Virus record (IMG/VR): IMGVR_UViG_2595698890_000001
Coordinates: 1 to 64,000 of that record
Reading direction: 5' to 3' (one strand)
Length of the DNA stretch: 64,000 nucleotides
Source: a virus
Lineage: Duplodnaviria > Caudoviricetes
Shown: positions 46,704 through 57,102 of the stretch, one piece after another
Numbering within the stretch: the first letter of the stretch is position 1
Layout of the letters: the number at the start of each line of letters is the position of its first letter
Position numbers and translations under genes: made by a program
The notes under the pieces: model-generated
The model's input: the letters and a program-made list of their open reading frames with translations, nothing else
Told to the model about the DNA's origin: nothing
The model's database searches: none

Positions 46704-47154
46704 ACAGGAAGCTTACTGCATCTTTCTTTACGTGGAGGGTAAATACCCTAACATTGATAATCCACGTTGGTTCATGGATATGTTCAAAAGAACTTTTAGC
46801 TGTCGTATGGTTGATTGTTCTCGAAAACAGATTCGTCACAAAGAGCACTTCGCTGAAACGGACGTATTGTTTAGTGAAGGAGAGGAAAGCCTATCTCTTA
46901 CTGATATGATGGTAGGCGACCTCGAAACAGCGGCAATCGCAGAGCGTCTTATGGAAGAAGCGGACGGAGAAGTTAAGCAAGTACTACGTACGATCCTTAA
47001 CATGCCTTCAGAAGTTTTTACTATGGTTGAAGAAGCGTGGACAAGCCGTGGTAAACGTAAGGTAATGGGCAATCAGATGCTTTGCGCCTTATTAGGAAAA
47101 GACCCAAGCCAGACCAATTTGGTGAAAAAAGTTGAAGATCACTTTATTGGTTAA
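46531..47154 (+). CDS. sigma-factor-like protein (region 2)
   Basis: DVEDVKQEAY..F......Y.......F...F.......D..RK. Confidence 0.55.
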   Translation: MSIQTNVNADHGSNPHMKPSEQTWKPKFEGEIEGYVMNWVRNNHWKVNQQLPDVEDVKQEAYCIFLYVEGKYPNIDNPRWFMDMFKRTFSCRMVDCSRKQIRHKEHFAETDVLFSEGEESLSLTDMMVGDLETAAIAERLMEEADGEVKQVLRTILNMPSEVFTMVEEAWTSRGKRKVMGNQMLCALLGKDPSQTNLVKKVEDHFIG

Positions 47155-47224
47155 TTAAAATAGTTCGTATAGACACTATACAACACCAACTAACTTAGTT
47201 AACATTAGTAAATAAGGAATCATT

Positions 47225-48385
47225 ATGACTCTGACTAAAGCAATCCTAGAAGAACTTATCCAAGCAACTAACACTCCACGTGCAAAGCGTGACTCTCACG
47301 AGAAACACTTGCAGAAGATTGTTAAAGCTGTCGGCGCTCTTGACGACGATGCTTGGGACGCTCTTTCCGATGAAGCTGCGGAATGGTACAATGATGCCGT
47401 AAATGCAATTAACGACGGTCAAGACATCCCGGGCTCTGAAAAAGACCCGATGGAAGCCGAAGAAGAAAAACCAGCGCGTTCACGCCGTGGACGTAACACT
47501 AAAACTGAAGAAACGGAAAACCAACCAATGAAAAAAGTACTTGTAGCAATCGCACTAGCAGAAGTAGTTAAAGGCATCACAGCAACTGTAGTTTGTGGCG
47601 ATGACACTTTTGAAGGCGAAGTAATTGCGGTTACTAAGAAAGGTCGCGGCAAGAACGCAACTGTTGAAGAGTTCACTCTGAAAACAGCTGACGGTGAAGA
47701 AGTGTTTGGTGCTGAAGACTTGATCTTCGACGAAGGCGACAAGATCGAACGTCACGACGAAGCTCCAGCGGAAGAAGAGAAGAAGCCTTCTCGCTCACGT
47801 CGCGGCGCTAAGAAAGACGAAGAGCCAGCGGCTGAAGAAAAACCTACACGCTCTCGCCGTGGTGCTAAGAAAGAAGAGCCGAAGCCAGAGCCTGTTGAAG
47901 TTGAAACAGAAATCGCATTCAACGACATCGCTAAAGGCGACAAGCTGAAGCTTCAAGTTGAAGACGACGCTTTCGAAGGTGAAGTTAAAGCGGTTAAGAA
48001 ATCTGGTCGCGGCAAGAACGCTAAAGTAGCAGAGTTCACTCTTACTACGGCAGACGGCGAAGAAGTCTTCGAAGCAGACCACATTGTGGTTGAAGAAGGC
48101 GACAAGATCATCCGCGTTACTATGGAAGAGCCTAAAGCGGAAGCCGCTGGCGAAGAGAAGAAAACTGGTTCTCGTCGCGGTCGTGGTGCTAAGACAGGTG
48201 GTGCGGAATCAGCAGCTCACCAAGTACGTCGCCTAATCTGTGAAAACATGGACGCGGACAAGAAAGAAATCGAAGAGTTGATGGCTGAAAACGGCATCGA
48301 CATGAAACCTTCAACTTTCGACGTGCTATACAGCGAAGCGCACAGCCTAATCGGTGTTCTTCGTGAACTAGACAAGTTGGCATAA
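47225..48385 (+). CDS. highly expressed acidic/basic protein with duplicated domain
   Basis: Two copies of FEGEV.AV.K.GRGKNA.V.EFTL.TADGEEVF..EGDKI; repeated EEKP.RSRRG; optimal codons. Confidence 0.85.
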   Translation: MTLTKAILEELIQATNTPRAKRDSHEKHLQKIVKAVGALDDDAWDALSDEAAEWYNDAVNAINDGQDIPGSEKDPMEAEEEKPARSRRGRNTKTEETENQPMKKVLVAIALAEVVKGITATVVCGDDTFEGEVIAVTKKGRGKNATVEEFTLKTADGEEVFGAEDLIFDEGDKIERHDEAPAEEEKKPSRSRRGAKKDEEPAAEEKPTRSRRGAKKEEPKPEPVEVETEIAFNDIAKGDKLKLQVEDDAFEGEVKAVKKSGRGKNAKVAEFTLTTADGEEVFEADHIVVEEGDKIIRVTMEEPKAEAAGEEKKTGSRRGRGAKTGGAESAAHQVRRLICENMDADKKEIEELMAENGIDMKPSTFDVLYSEAHSLIGVLRELDKLA

Positions 48386-48406
48386 TCTGGCTTAGCCGGG
48401 TTCAAT

Positions 48407-48432
48407 AGGGGAGGCTTCGGCTTCCCCTTTTT
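48407..48432 (+). terminator. intrinsic terminator
   Basis: AGGGGAGGC-ttcg-GCTTCCCCT plus T run. Confidence 0.8.
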
Positions 48433-48454
48433 GTTTTTAGTAAGGAGATTACTA

Positions 48455-48847
48455 ATGGAACAAGAGCGATTTGTAGATGTAGCCGAGCTGCGTATGCTCG
48501 CTCGTGCAAAAGCACAACACCACTTGCACCAACGTTTACCTTTAGTAAAAAACCAGCACACAGCTCACGTGTACGGGTTTACTACCTTGGATTTATTGAG
48601 CGCAACGCTCTTCGCACAGGAAGCGAACCTACTACTAGCGTCACAACCATACAGAACGGTAAACAGCCACATACTGTTTTTCACGCCGACGAGCCGCCTA
48701 CAAGAAGCGGATGTGGTTGTGGGCTTTCGATACGATGACAACAACAACCCTGCTAACGTTAGGGACCACTTTCGGGATCGGGACTCGTTTCCCCGGTTCC
48801 TAGTCCTAACCCCGGAGGGCACGGACTGGAAGCCAGCGTGGGAATAG
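48455..48847 (+). CDS. hypothetical protein
   Basis: AAGGAG RBS before ATG 48455. Confidence 0.6.
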   Translation: MEQERFVDVAELRMLARAKAQHHLHQRLPLVKNQHTAHVYGFTTLDLLSATLFAQEANLLLASQPYRTVNSHILFFTPTSRLQEADVVVGFRYDDNNNPANVRDHFRDRDSFPRFLVLTPEGTDWKPAWE

Positions 48848-48851
48848 GTGC

Positions 48852-48880
48852 TTGCAAGCCATGTGAGGATTTAGTATAGT
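48852..48880 (+). promoter_or_regulatory. putative sigma70 promoter
   Basis: TTGCAA-17-TATAGT. Confidence 0.55.
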
Positions 48881-49011
48881 TTCACTCGGCATTGTGATCC
48901 TTAGAAATATCAACACTGTTGGCTTGTTTCAAGGGGGAGGCTATTATAGCTTCCCCCTTTCTTGTATCTGGCGTATAGGTACAGACTGATAACCCAATAG
49001 GAGCAACAACA

Positions 49012-50070
49012 ATGGCAACACTAGAGAAAGCCCATCTACAGCGCGTCCTCAACTTCATCAAGCCCGCACTATCACCACACGACTTTGTACCCGTGCTATC
49101 ACACTTCTGTTTCACGGCAGACGGTGATGTTTACGCGTATAACGACCTAGTTGGTGTTACGGTCCGCGAGCATGACTTCGGAATCGTGGGCGCGTTGCCG
49201 GGTAAGGATTTACTAAAAGTAATAAGCTCGTTTGGCAAAGCTGATATTCAGATCGAAGAGCTTGACAGCGGAGCGGGTGTGCTTATCAAGTCGGGACGTT
49301 CTAAGACCAAGCTGGCGATGCTTGGTGAGGACGACTTCGTGTACGACCCAGTTACTAACTCAGGGCTAGAGCCTCGCGTAGAGTTGGAGCTTTCCGAGGA
49401 AATCCTCGCGGCGTTCAAGAAGTGTATTACCGGGATCGGGGACGACCCTACTTGTCCGGCTCAGATGGGTGTGACTGTAACCGACAACTTCTTGTTCTCG
49501 ACAGACAACATCACAATCACCGCATACGAGTTTGAGGACCCAATTGAGGGGATTGGTCAGGTGATACTTCCAAAACAGTTCTGTGAGCTTGTGACAGAGC
49601 TTTCTAAGTACAATAAGTCGGAGGTCATCACCCTGTCGTTCTACGACGACAACGTGACGGCTATTTTGGAGGACGAGAGCGTGGAGATCACCACTCGTTT
49701 GATTAGCGACGATGAGCCGTTCGACTTCGAAGGCGTTCTAGAGTCATTCCTAGAAGATGACAACTTAGTAAAAATACCAACTGAGTTCAAGGACATGTTC
49801 GCCCGTGCCGAGGCTGTTTTAGGCAAAGGCGACGATGCCTTACTAAAAGTTCTGGTTGAGGACGAGGTTCTGTCTATCACCGCCAAGTCTGCCACCATCG
49901 AGCTTGATGACGAGTGCGATATGGATGCCGACCCGATCTCATTCCTAGTGGATGCTGGGATGGTAGCCCGGGCATGTAACTTCACATCGCACGTAGCACT
50001 ACTGGACTCCGCCATGTTCTTCAGCGACGGTGGGGCGTTCTACCACTTGATTAGTCACGGAGAGGAGTAA
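49012..50070 (+). CDS. DNA polymerase sliding clamp (beta/DnaN-like)
   Basis: 352 aa, P.LSHF N-terminus, GV...STD, VILPK.F, ITTRLI...F; adjacent to polymerase. Confidence 0.8.
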   Translation: MATLEKAHLQRVLNFIKPALSPHDFVPVLSHFCFTADGDVYAYNDLVGVTVREHDFGIVGALPGKDLLKVISSFGKADIQIEELDSGAGVLIKSGRSKTKLAMLGEDDFVYDPVTNSGLEPRVELELSEEILAAFKKCITGIGDDPTCPAQMGVTVTDNFLFSTDNITITAYEFEDPIEGIGQVILPKQFCELVTELSKYNKSEVITLSFYDDNVTAILEDESVEITTRLISDDEPFDFEGVLESFLEDDNLVKIPTEFKDMFARAEAVLGKGDDALLKVLVEDEVLSITAKSATIELDDECDMDADPISFLVDAGMVARACNFTSHVALLDSAMFFSDGGAFYHLISHGEE

Positions 50071-50072
50071 CT

Positions 50073-52727
50073 ATGGGCTTCTTCCATCAAAAGGGAGCTA
50101 AGGGCGGCAACCGCCGCCTTACGGGTAAGCAGCAAGCGTTCGAGCAGCAGAAGCATTTACTAAAGTCTGTTGGCGCTAAGAAGTTCGAAGGTGTGGGTGT
50201 TCAGCCGTGTGGTTCTGAGGACCCGGTAGTGTACCTGCTAGGGCTTACCCCAACCCCTAACCAACTACGTCGTGGGGACCTTACTAAAGGCGAGACTGCG
50301 CAGGTTATGCGTAAGTATTTTGGTCGTGACTTCTACTATGAGGATTGTCGCCACGGTGCTGTTGTGCGCGAGACTTTTGCCGAGTTGGACGAGGTTATCG
50401 ACGACGTTGTGATCGAGCAGTGGCGTGGTCTGACAGAGCGGGATATAGAAGAGTCTAAGCCAGCGGTAGTAGTCGCACTTGGTGCGGGTGCGTTGCGCTT
50501 CCTAACCGGGTCTGCGGACATCCACGGTATGCACGGTCGCATGTTACCCCACAAGATCGGTAATCATACGTTCTGGATACTCCCGGTGTTCGACCCTCGC
50601 TGGGTGATTAGTAAAGAGCACGACTTCTTCGTCAATGAGTACGAGGTCTGTGTTAAGACGCAAATCACTCGCCTTATGGATAGCATCGAGACCGGGACAT
50701 TGCCAGAGCCTGTAGTCTACGATAGTGGTTACGACGATGGCATCGAGATCATCATGGGTGAGGGCATCCAAGACGTGCACCGCGTAGAAGATGCGCTCCA
50801 TGACATGCTACGAGAACCGCTAGTATCTGTGGACTACGAGACACAGAACCTACGCCCGTACTTGGACGACTCTCGCTTACTAACTACCGCAGTGGGCACC
50901 TTCGACCGCACGGTAGCCTTCCCGGTAGACCACCCTAGAGCGTGGAACAACAAGACCCGCCGCCAAGTGATCGGGTTGTGGGGTGAGTACCTAGCGCAAG
51001 CGCCGAGGGCTATCGTGTACAACGCTACAATGGAGCAAGAGTGGACAGCGCACTACTACGGGTACAGCAACCTACGTAAGACGCAGTGGGAAGACTTGAT
51101 GGCAGCAGCCTACTGTCTGGACTCCAGAAAGGGGCATCTGTCGTTAGACGATTTCATCAAGTATAACTGTGGATTCGACTTGAAGAAGCTGTCCGGCAAG
51201 ATGAACAAGGCTAACATGGTAGGCGAGCGTCTAGACCGTGTGCTTATGTACAACGGACGAGATGTTAAGTGGACGTTCAAGGGCTTCGAAATCGGCATGG
51301 ACCGCCTGAAGCGTGAGGGAGAAGAACGACCTTACCACACTAAGGTACGCAACTCCGCTGCTCTTACCGGAATGCAGATGCGTGGTATGCCCCGTAATGA
51401 GGACGCCTTGTACGAGCTACAAGATACTCTTACTAACGATATTGCGGACGCAGAGGATGAATTACTAAACACCCCTGAAGTTCGGAAGTTTGAGCGCCAG
51501 CACGACACCGAGTTTAACCCGTCGTCACCGGACCACAACGTAACACTGTTCCGTGACATCCTGAAGCGTCCAGAGGGCAAGAAGGAGGGTAAGGGCAAGG
51601 ACGGTAAGCCTAAGTACAGTACGGACGAAGCTGCCTTGAGTTCCATGCCAGCAGACGAGTGTCCGTCGGCACCGTTGATACTAAAGTTGCGCGGTTTTAG
51701 TAAGTTAAAGTCAACCTACGTAGATGGCTTACTAACGCCCGTGACAGAGTTCATTGGGGACGAGAAGAAGCGTAAGGGGCTTGTGTATCCGGACGGACTA
51801 CTGCACCCTAACTACAACGGTATGTTTACTGCCACCGGGCGTCTGTCCTCGGATGAGCCGAACGCACAGAACTTCCCTAAGCGTAAGAATCGACACATCC
51901 GTAAGCCGATTGCACCGCCTCCGGGCTTCCGGGTAGTATCGCTCGACTTTGGTCAGATTGAAGCACGTGTATTCGGTATGGCATCACGAGATCCGAACTT
52001 CTGTAATGCGCTGTGGAATAATCTGGACGTTCACTTTGACTGGGCTGTTAAGATTAGTAACGAGTACCCGGCTATCTTGGACCGTATCTACGAGGAGTAC
52101 TACGATAAGGTAAACAAGATGGTAGACGGCGGGGTCAAAGAGTACGATGCGTTGATCAAGTGTCTTCGTGGCGACGTTAAGAACCAATGGGTGTTCCCTC
52201 AGTTCTTCGGCGCGGGCTTTAAGTCTTGTGCTCAAAGCCTCCACATCCCGGATGATAATGCGGAGTATCTACGAGAGATGTTCTGGGACGAGTTTGCCGG
52301 AGTACTAGAGTGGCAGAACGAAACACTAGAACGTGCTTACCGCAATGGCTTCGTACGCACCCTGAATGGCTTTAAGCGTTCGTTCCCTATGAGTAAGCAG
52401 GAGATCATCAACACGCCGATTCAGGGCACAGCGGCTGAAGTAGTACTAGAAGGCTTGTGCTTACTAAGTGAGGAATCTGCCCTGCTAGAAGACGTGTACA
52501 TGCACCCAATCATGCAGATACACGATGACTTGACCTTCATCATGCCTGAAGACGGCATGGACGAGCGTATAGCTCACGTAGCGGAGATCATGACTGGTGT
52601 TTACCGCACCTTTGACTTTGTTAACGTACCACTGCTCATCGAGGCTGAAGAAGGTCCCGACTGGTGTGACCAGAAAGTCTACGGTGAATACTCATCCACG
52701 CAGTTCGGACACGTTCGAGCTGATTAA
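50073..52727 (+). CDS. family A DNA polymerase with N-terminal UDG-like domain and 3'-5' exonuclease
   Basis: VVVALGA.AL (UDG-F4 fold), DYET exo [34 protein letters not shown]. Confidence 0.93.
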   Translation: MGFFHQKGAKGGNRRLTGKQQAFEQQKHLLKSVGAKKFEGVGVQPCGSEDPVVYLLGLTPTPNQLRRGDLTKGETAQVMRKYFGRDFYYEDCRHGAVVRETFAELDEVIDDVVIEQWRGLTERDIEESKPAVVVALGAGALRFLTGSADIHGMHGRMLPHKIGNHTFWILPVFDPRWVISKEHDFFVNEYEVCVKTQITRLMDSIETGTLPEPVVYDSGYDDGIEIIMGEGIQDVHRVEDALHDMLREPLVSVDYETQNLRPYLDDSRLLTTAVGTFDRTVAFPVDHPRAWNNKTRRQVIGLWGEYLAQAPRAIVYNATMEQEWTAHYYGYSNLRKTQWEDLMAAAYCLDSRKGHLSLDDFIKYNCGFDLKKLSGKMNKANMVGERLDRVLMYNGRDVKWTFKGFEIGMDRLKREGEERPYHTKVRNSAALTGMQMRGMPRNEDALYELQDTLTNDIADAEDELLNTPEVRKFERQHDTEFNPSSPDHNVTLFRDILKRPEGKKEGKGKDGKPKYSTDEAALSSMPADECPSAPLILKLRGFSKLKSTYVDGLLTPVTEFIGDEKKRKGLVYPDGLLHPNYNGMFTATGRLSSDEPNAQNFPKRKNRHIRKPIAPPPGFRVVSLDFGQIEARVFGMASRDPNFCNALWNNLDVHFDWAVKISNEYPAILDRIYEEYYDKVNKMVDGGVKEYDALIKCLRGDVKNQWVFPQFFGAGFKSCAQSLHIPDDNAEYLREMFWDEFAGVLEWQNETLERAYRNGFVRTLNGFKRSFPMSKQEIINTPIQGTAAEVVLEGLCLLSEESALLEDVYMHPIMQIHDDLTFIMPEDGMDERIAHVAEIMTGVYRTFDFVNVPLLIEAEEGPDWCDQKVYGEYSSTQFGHVRAD

Positions 52728-52774
52728 TACATGACCTCCCCCGGGAGGTCTTTAACTTTAGTAAAGAGGAAATT

Positions 52775-53614
52775 ATGCAACAATACCTCGCATTAGCACA
52801 GCGCATCATTGACGAGGGTGTGCTAGTAGAGAACCAGCGTACCGGGAAGAAGTGCCTAACGGTAATCAACGCAGACCTTACCTACAACCAACTACCCTTA
52901 GTAACAACCCGCAAGAGCTTCTGGAAAGCAGCTGTAGCCGAACTGCTTGGGTACATTCGTGGATACAGCAGTGCCGAAGATTTCCGAAAGCTGGGAACCA
53001 CCACTTGGGACGCTAACGCCAACAAGAATGAAGCTTGGCTTAATAACCCGTACCGCGTGGGCAATGACCACATGGGGCGTGTTTACGGTGTGCAGGGACG
53101 ATCTTGGGCTAAGCCGGATGGCGGTACTGTGGACCAGCTCAAGAAGATTGTGGATAATCTTACTAACGGTATCGACGACCGTGGGGAGATCCTGAACTTC
53201 TACAACCCGGGCGAGTTCCACATGGGATGCCTACGCCCGTGCATGTACAGCCACCACTTCTCACTGCTAGGAGACACCCTGTATCTCAACAGCACACAAC
53301 GCTCTTGTGATGTACCTTTGGGTCTGAACTTCAACATGGTTCAGGTGTACGTGTTCCTAGCGATCATGGCTCAAATCACCGGGCACAAGATGGGCACCGC
53401 GCACCACAAGATCGTGAACGCTCATATCTACGAAGACCAGATAGATCTCATGCGCGACGTACAGTTAACCCGAGAGCCGCTAGACCCACCCGTGTTGTGG
53501 ATCAACCCGGACATCAAGACACTAGAAGACTTGGAGACTTGGGTAACACTGGACGACTTTGATGTCTTTGGCTACAAACACCATGATCCAATAAAATATC
53601 CATTCACTGTTTAG
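52775..53614 (+). CDS. thyA: thymidylate synthase
   Basis: [26 protein letters not shown]; Vibrio/Pasteurella-type sequence. Confidence 0.97.
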   Translation: MQQYLALAQRIIDEGVLVENQRTGKKCLTVINADLTYNQLPLVTTRKSFWKAAVAELLGYIRGYSSAEDFRKLGTTTWDANANKNEAWLNNPYRVGNDHMGRVYGVQGRSWAKPDGGTVDQLKKIVDNLTNGIDDRGEILNFYNPGEFHMGCLRPCMYSHHFSLLGDTLYLNSTQRSCDVPLGLNFNMVQVYVFLAIMAQITGHKMGTAHHKIVNAHIYEDQIDLMRDVQLTREPLDPPVLWINPDIKTLEDLETWVTLDDFDVFGYKHHDPIKYPFTV

Positions 53615-53627
53615 TAAGGAGTACCAG

Positions 53628-54560
53628 ATGGAAACAAAACCACTACACGTAACACTACGCCCACAGACCTTTGATGAGATCATCGGTCACGACGCCGTAG
53701 TAAAAGACGTGCAGAACCAGCTAGACAGCAACCAACGCTGTTACTTATTCATGGGACCTCCCGGGTGTGGTAAGACTACTTTCGGCAATGTAATTGCTCG
53801 CCACGTAGAGTCTGAGAACGTGATCGAAGTAGACGCGGGCAGTACCAGTAAGGCAGAACAGGTCCGTGAGCTTGTGGAGAAAGCCAAGTACAAGGGCTTC
53901 GGCAAGAACCCTATCCGCGTGTACATCATCAACGAGGTACAGGCTTTTAGTAAAGCGTCATGGGATGCGATGCTGGACATCATGGAAAGCCCTCCGGCTC
54001 ATGTGTACTTCATTCTAACTACCACGGAATCTACTAAGGTTCCTAAAGCCGTCAAGACTCGCTGCGCTTCATACGAGCTAAAACCGCTGAACAAGAAGGC
54101 TCTGAACGAGCTTGTAGACTTCGTGCTGGATGAGGGTGAGCTGGACGTTCCAGAAGAGTTTATTGACGTTGTGATTAGCAAGTGCGAGGGCTCCCCTCGA
54201 CAGCTGATCCAGTTCCTCCTAAAAGCGGAGTCAGCCGCAAGTCGCGCCGACCTAAATACGCTGTTGGATGAGGCTGACGACGATAAGCAGATCATCGACC
54301 TTGCCCGTGCCCTCGCGTTTACTAAAGGTAAAAAGTGGAGTAAAGTGCAGGAGATCTTGAAAGACCTCAAGGACACTCCACCGGAGAGCATCCGAATCGT
54401 AGTCACTACTTACGTGTCCGGGTGTATGCTGAACGCCAAGTCGGAAGCTGAAGCTGAGAAGTTCCACCGTATCTTGGACGCGTTCTCCACGCCGTGTAAC
54501 CCCACTGACAAACTAGGTCCGATTTTACTAGCTTGCGGTGATATTTGTTTCGGGGAATAA
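53628..54560 (+). CDS. clamp loader AAA+ subunit (DnaX gamma/tau-like)
   Basis: RPQTFDEIIG, GPPGCGKTT, IINE, E.PP.HV.FIL.TTE..K.P...TRC. Confidence 0.9.
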   Translation: METKPLHVTLRPQTFDEIIGHDAVVKDVQNQLDSNQRCYLFMGPPGCGKTTFGNVIARHVESENVIEVDAGSTSKAEQVRELVEKAKYKGFGKNPIRVYIINEVQAFSKASWDAMLDIMESPPAHVYFILTTTESTKVPKAVKTRCASYELKPLNKKALNELVDFVLDEGELDVPEEFIDVVISKCEGSPRQLIQFLLKAESAASRADLNTLLDEADDDKQIIDLARALAFTKGKKWSKVQEILKDLKDTPPESIRIVVTTYVSGCMLNAKSEAEAEKFHRILDAFSTPCNPTDKLGPILLACGDICFGE

Positions 54561-54565
54561 AATAA

Positions 54566-55057
54566 ATGTCGTATGACACTTCAGAAACTGCAATCCGATC
54601 ATTTAAGGGTCGCCTACGTATAGATAAGAACGATTTGGACAACGAGCTTGTTGAGCAATCGCACTTATTCTTCGAGGTATCAGAACGCCTTACTTGGGCG
54701 AAAGCAGAACGCGACGAGATTAAGCGCGAATGCGATGAACTTGCCGGGGAGATCAAAGCGGAGATATTCGCGGATAACCCTAAGATGGCAGACACCAAAG
54801 CTACAGCTTTAGTAAAGAAGGACGCAGATTTTATTGAGCGTTACCGAGAAAAAACTGAAGCGGATCGTATAGTTGGAGCATGGGAGGCGCTTGTAGAAGC
54901 ATTCAAGTCTCGCGGCTACATGCTCCGTCAACTGGCGGACCTGTATGTAGCGAACTACTACTCTCCGATTAGTGGTGGTGAATCGCAAGATGACAAGCGT
55001 CGTAAGAGTGCCGAGCGCACAGAGCGTAGTGAAAGCAGAAGACGACGGAGCAGATAG
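54566..55057 (+). CDS. UvsY-like recombination mediator (putative)
   Basis: L.ID...LD.E...Q, helical, EAF..R.YML..L; upstream of SSB and RecA. Confidence 0.55.
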   Translation: MSYDTSETAIRSFKGRLRIDKNDLDNELVEQSHLFFEVSERLTWAKAERDEIKRECDELAGEIKAEIFADNPKMADTKATALVKKDADFIERYREKTEADRIVGAWEALVEAFKSRGYMLRQLADLYVANYYSPISGGESQDDKRRKSAERTERSESRRRRSR

Positions 55058-55190
55058 TTATGGAGCATTTACCAGCACTAGCGGGAATTGTGGTAATATC
55101 CCCTATCGCCATTTACGCAGCAGCGCGTATGGCTACCAAGGCTTACTTTTTCAGTAAGCTAGAGTTTCTTACTAAAGTTAAAACAAAAGG

Positions 55191-56363
55191 ATGGCAATAA
55201 TGTCAAGACGTGATCGTAACAGTCGTGGTGGTCGTAAAGGTTTCGAGTACAAGAAACGTTCTAAAGAGCAGGTACAGAAACGTGCCGACCAGTCTTCAGG
55301 CGACTTTAAGTCAATCTTCAAAGACGGCATTAAGCTGTTTAAGCCTAAGAAGGGCGACAACGCAATCCGCATCCTCCCGGCTACTTGGGAAGACCCGGAC
55401 CACTACGCACTAGACGTGCATGTCCACTACGGTGTTGGTGCTGACGAAGAGCGCGTGCTAGCACTACACGAGATGTTAGGTGAAGATGACCCAATCCGTG
55501 AGATGCGCATGGACTACGAGCAAGCTGGCAACAAGGAGATGGCTAAGGCTTGTCGTCCGGGACGTGCTTGTGCGATGTGGGTAATCGACTTGGACAACGA
55601 AGCTGAAGGTCCGCAGATGTACCTAGCGCCACCTACGGTAGACGCTGGTATCGCGCAGGTTAGTATCGACAAGCGTTCTGGTGAGATGTACGACATTGAC
55701 GACCCAGACAACGGCTACGAAGTCTACTTTACTAAACAGGGCGAAGGGATGAACACGAAGTACGTGGGCTTCCAGATTTCACGCAACCCATCTGAAGTAG
55801 ATGAAGAGCACTTAGATTACGCCATCGAGAACCCAATCCCGGACTGCTTAGTTTACTTAGAGTACGACGAGATTGCTAAGATGATCGACGGCTGGGAACC
55901 AACTCCACGCGGTAAAGGTGGTAAAGACGGTGGTAAAGAAAAGCCTAAATCATATCGCGGACGTGACCGTGATCGCGGTGACGACGCTGATGATAGCCGC
56001 AGCCGTCGCGGTGGCAGCGACGATAGCAAGTCTGGCGGTGATCGCGGTGAAGGTGATTACCAATACGATGACGTTATGGCGGCAGACTGGGAAGAGCTTG
56101 AGCAGATTATCGAGCTTGAAGAACTTGACATTGACCCAATGGACTTTGACGAAGATGACCAAGAAGGCTGTGCTAAAGCAATCTGTGAAGAACTGGGCAT
56201 TGAGAAACCTAAGCCTACTCGCTCTGCTCGCGGTGGCTCTCGTCGTAGCCGTGGCGGTGATAGTGACGATGGTGATTCTCGATCTTCCCGCCGCCGTGGT
56301 CGTGGCGACGACGGTGATGACAGCTCTGAACGCGTTCGCGGTATGCGTCGAAATCGTCGCTAA
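55191..56363 (+). CDS. single-stranded DNA-binding protein (gp32-like) with disordered D/R/G tail
   Basis: FKPK.GDN.IRILP, H.HY, D.D.G......G.G..TKY. Confidence 0.75.
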   Translation: MAIMSRRDRNSRGGRKGFEYKKRSKEQVQKRADQSSGDFKSIFKDGIKLFKPKKGDNAIRILPATWEDPDHYALDVHVHYGVGADEERVLALHEMLGEDDPIREMRMDYEQAGNKEMAKACRPGRACAMWVIDLDNEAEGPQMYLAPPTVDAGIAQVSIDKRSGEMYDIDDPDNGYEVYFTKQGEGMNTKYVGFQISRNPSEVDEEHLDYAIENPIPDCLVYLEYDEIAKMIDGWEPTPRGKGGKDGGKEKPKSYRGRDRDRGDDADDSRSRRGGSDDSKSGGDRGEGDYQYDDVMAADWEELEQIIELEELDIDPMDFDEDDQEGCAKAICEELGIEKPKPTRSARGGSRRSRGGDSDDGDSRSSRRRGRGDDGDDSSERVRGMRRNRR

Positions 56364-56392
56364 GTATCGTAAAGAAGTAGATTAGTAAAACC

Positions 56393-56415
56393 AAGGGAGG
56401 CGAAAGTCTCCCTTT
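56393..56415 (+). terminator. intrinsic terminator
   Basis: AAGGGAGGC-gaaa-GTCTCCCTT. Confidence 0.7.
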
Positions 56416-56432
56416 CGTTAGTTCTGGAGAAA

Positions 56433-57074
56433 GTGAAAATGACTCGTGGTGTTATCGTAGCAATTGAGGGCTTTGACGGCTCAGGCAAATCAACTCTTAC
56501 TAAGCAGTTAGTAGAAGAGCTTAGTAATTACAACGTTCGTGTAGTGCAAACTCGTCAACCGGGCGGGACTCCCTTCGCGGAAGAAATCCGCTCCTTACTA
56601 ATGACCGGGCAGCGTGACCGCAGCCAGCGTGTCGAAGCACATCTATTCCTAGCCGCTCGACACGACTTATACGACAAGCTGATCCAGCCCGAAGTAGAAG
56701 CGGGTAGTATTGTGGTCTGTGACCGACATTACATCTCATCCCTAGCCAACCAGCCGGAATGTGCCGAGATGTTCCTACAAGACCGTGTGTTTGACCCGGA
56801 CGTGTGGATCATGGCTCGATGCCCATTCCCGGTGTGTATTACCCGCAGTGAAGCGCGTGGCGATACGGACGCGTTCAGTGATGACGACCTAGTGGAGAAG
56901 CGTGCCCAGTATGACCGCTACCAGCACGGCTTACGCTCGGCTAAGCAATTTAGTGCTACCGACTCAATCTTTACCATCGACACGGACCTAGGATTAACAA
57001 GCTCACGTGAGCAGGTGAAGAAGGTTGCCAGCTACATCGTAAACCTAAACAAACAACGTCCGTATAATTCATAG
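56433..57074 (+). CDS. tmk: thymidylate kinase
   Basis: IEGFDGSGKST, TRQPGGT...E.IR, LF.AAR, CDR...S..A.Q. Confidence 0.92.
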   Translation: MKMTRGVIVAIEGFDGSGKSTLTKQLVEELSNYNVRVVQTRQPGGTPFAEEIRSLLMTGQRDRSQRVEAHLFLAARHDLYDKLIQPEVEAGSIVVCDRHYISSLANQPECAEMFLQDRVFDPDVWIMARCPFPVCITRSEARGDTDAFSDDDLVEKRAQYDRYQHGLRSAKQFSATDSIFTIDTDLGLTSSREQVKKVASYIVNLNKQRPYNS

Positions 57075-57102
57075 TGTTCAATGCACTTTAAGGTTAGTAA
57101 AA

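Noticed and set aside
50073-52727. Intron or intein in DNA polymerase, helicase or terminase
   Set aside because: Reading frames are continuous with normal lengths and no intein splice motifs seen
55918-56385. 155-aa hydrophobic alternative-frame ORF inside the SSB tail
   Set aside because: Val/Ala/Thr richness is the expected frame-shifted reading of Gly/Asp/Arg codons; no RBS
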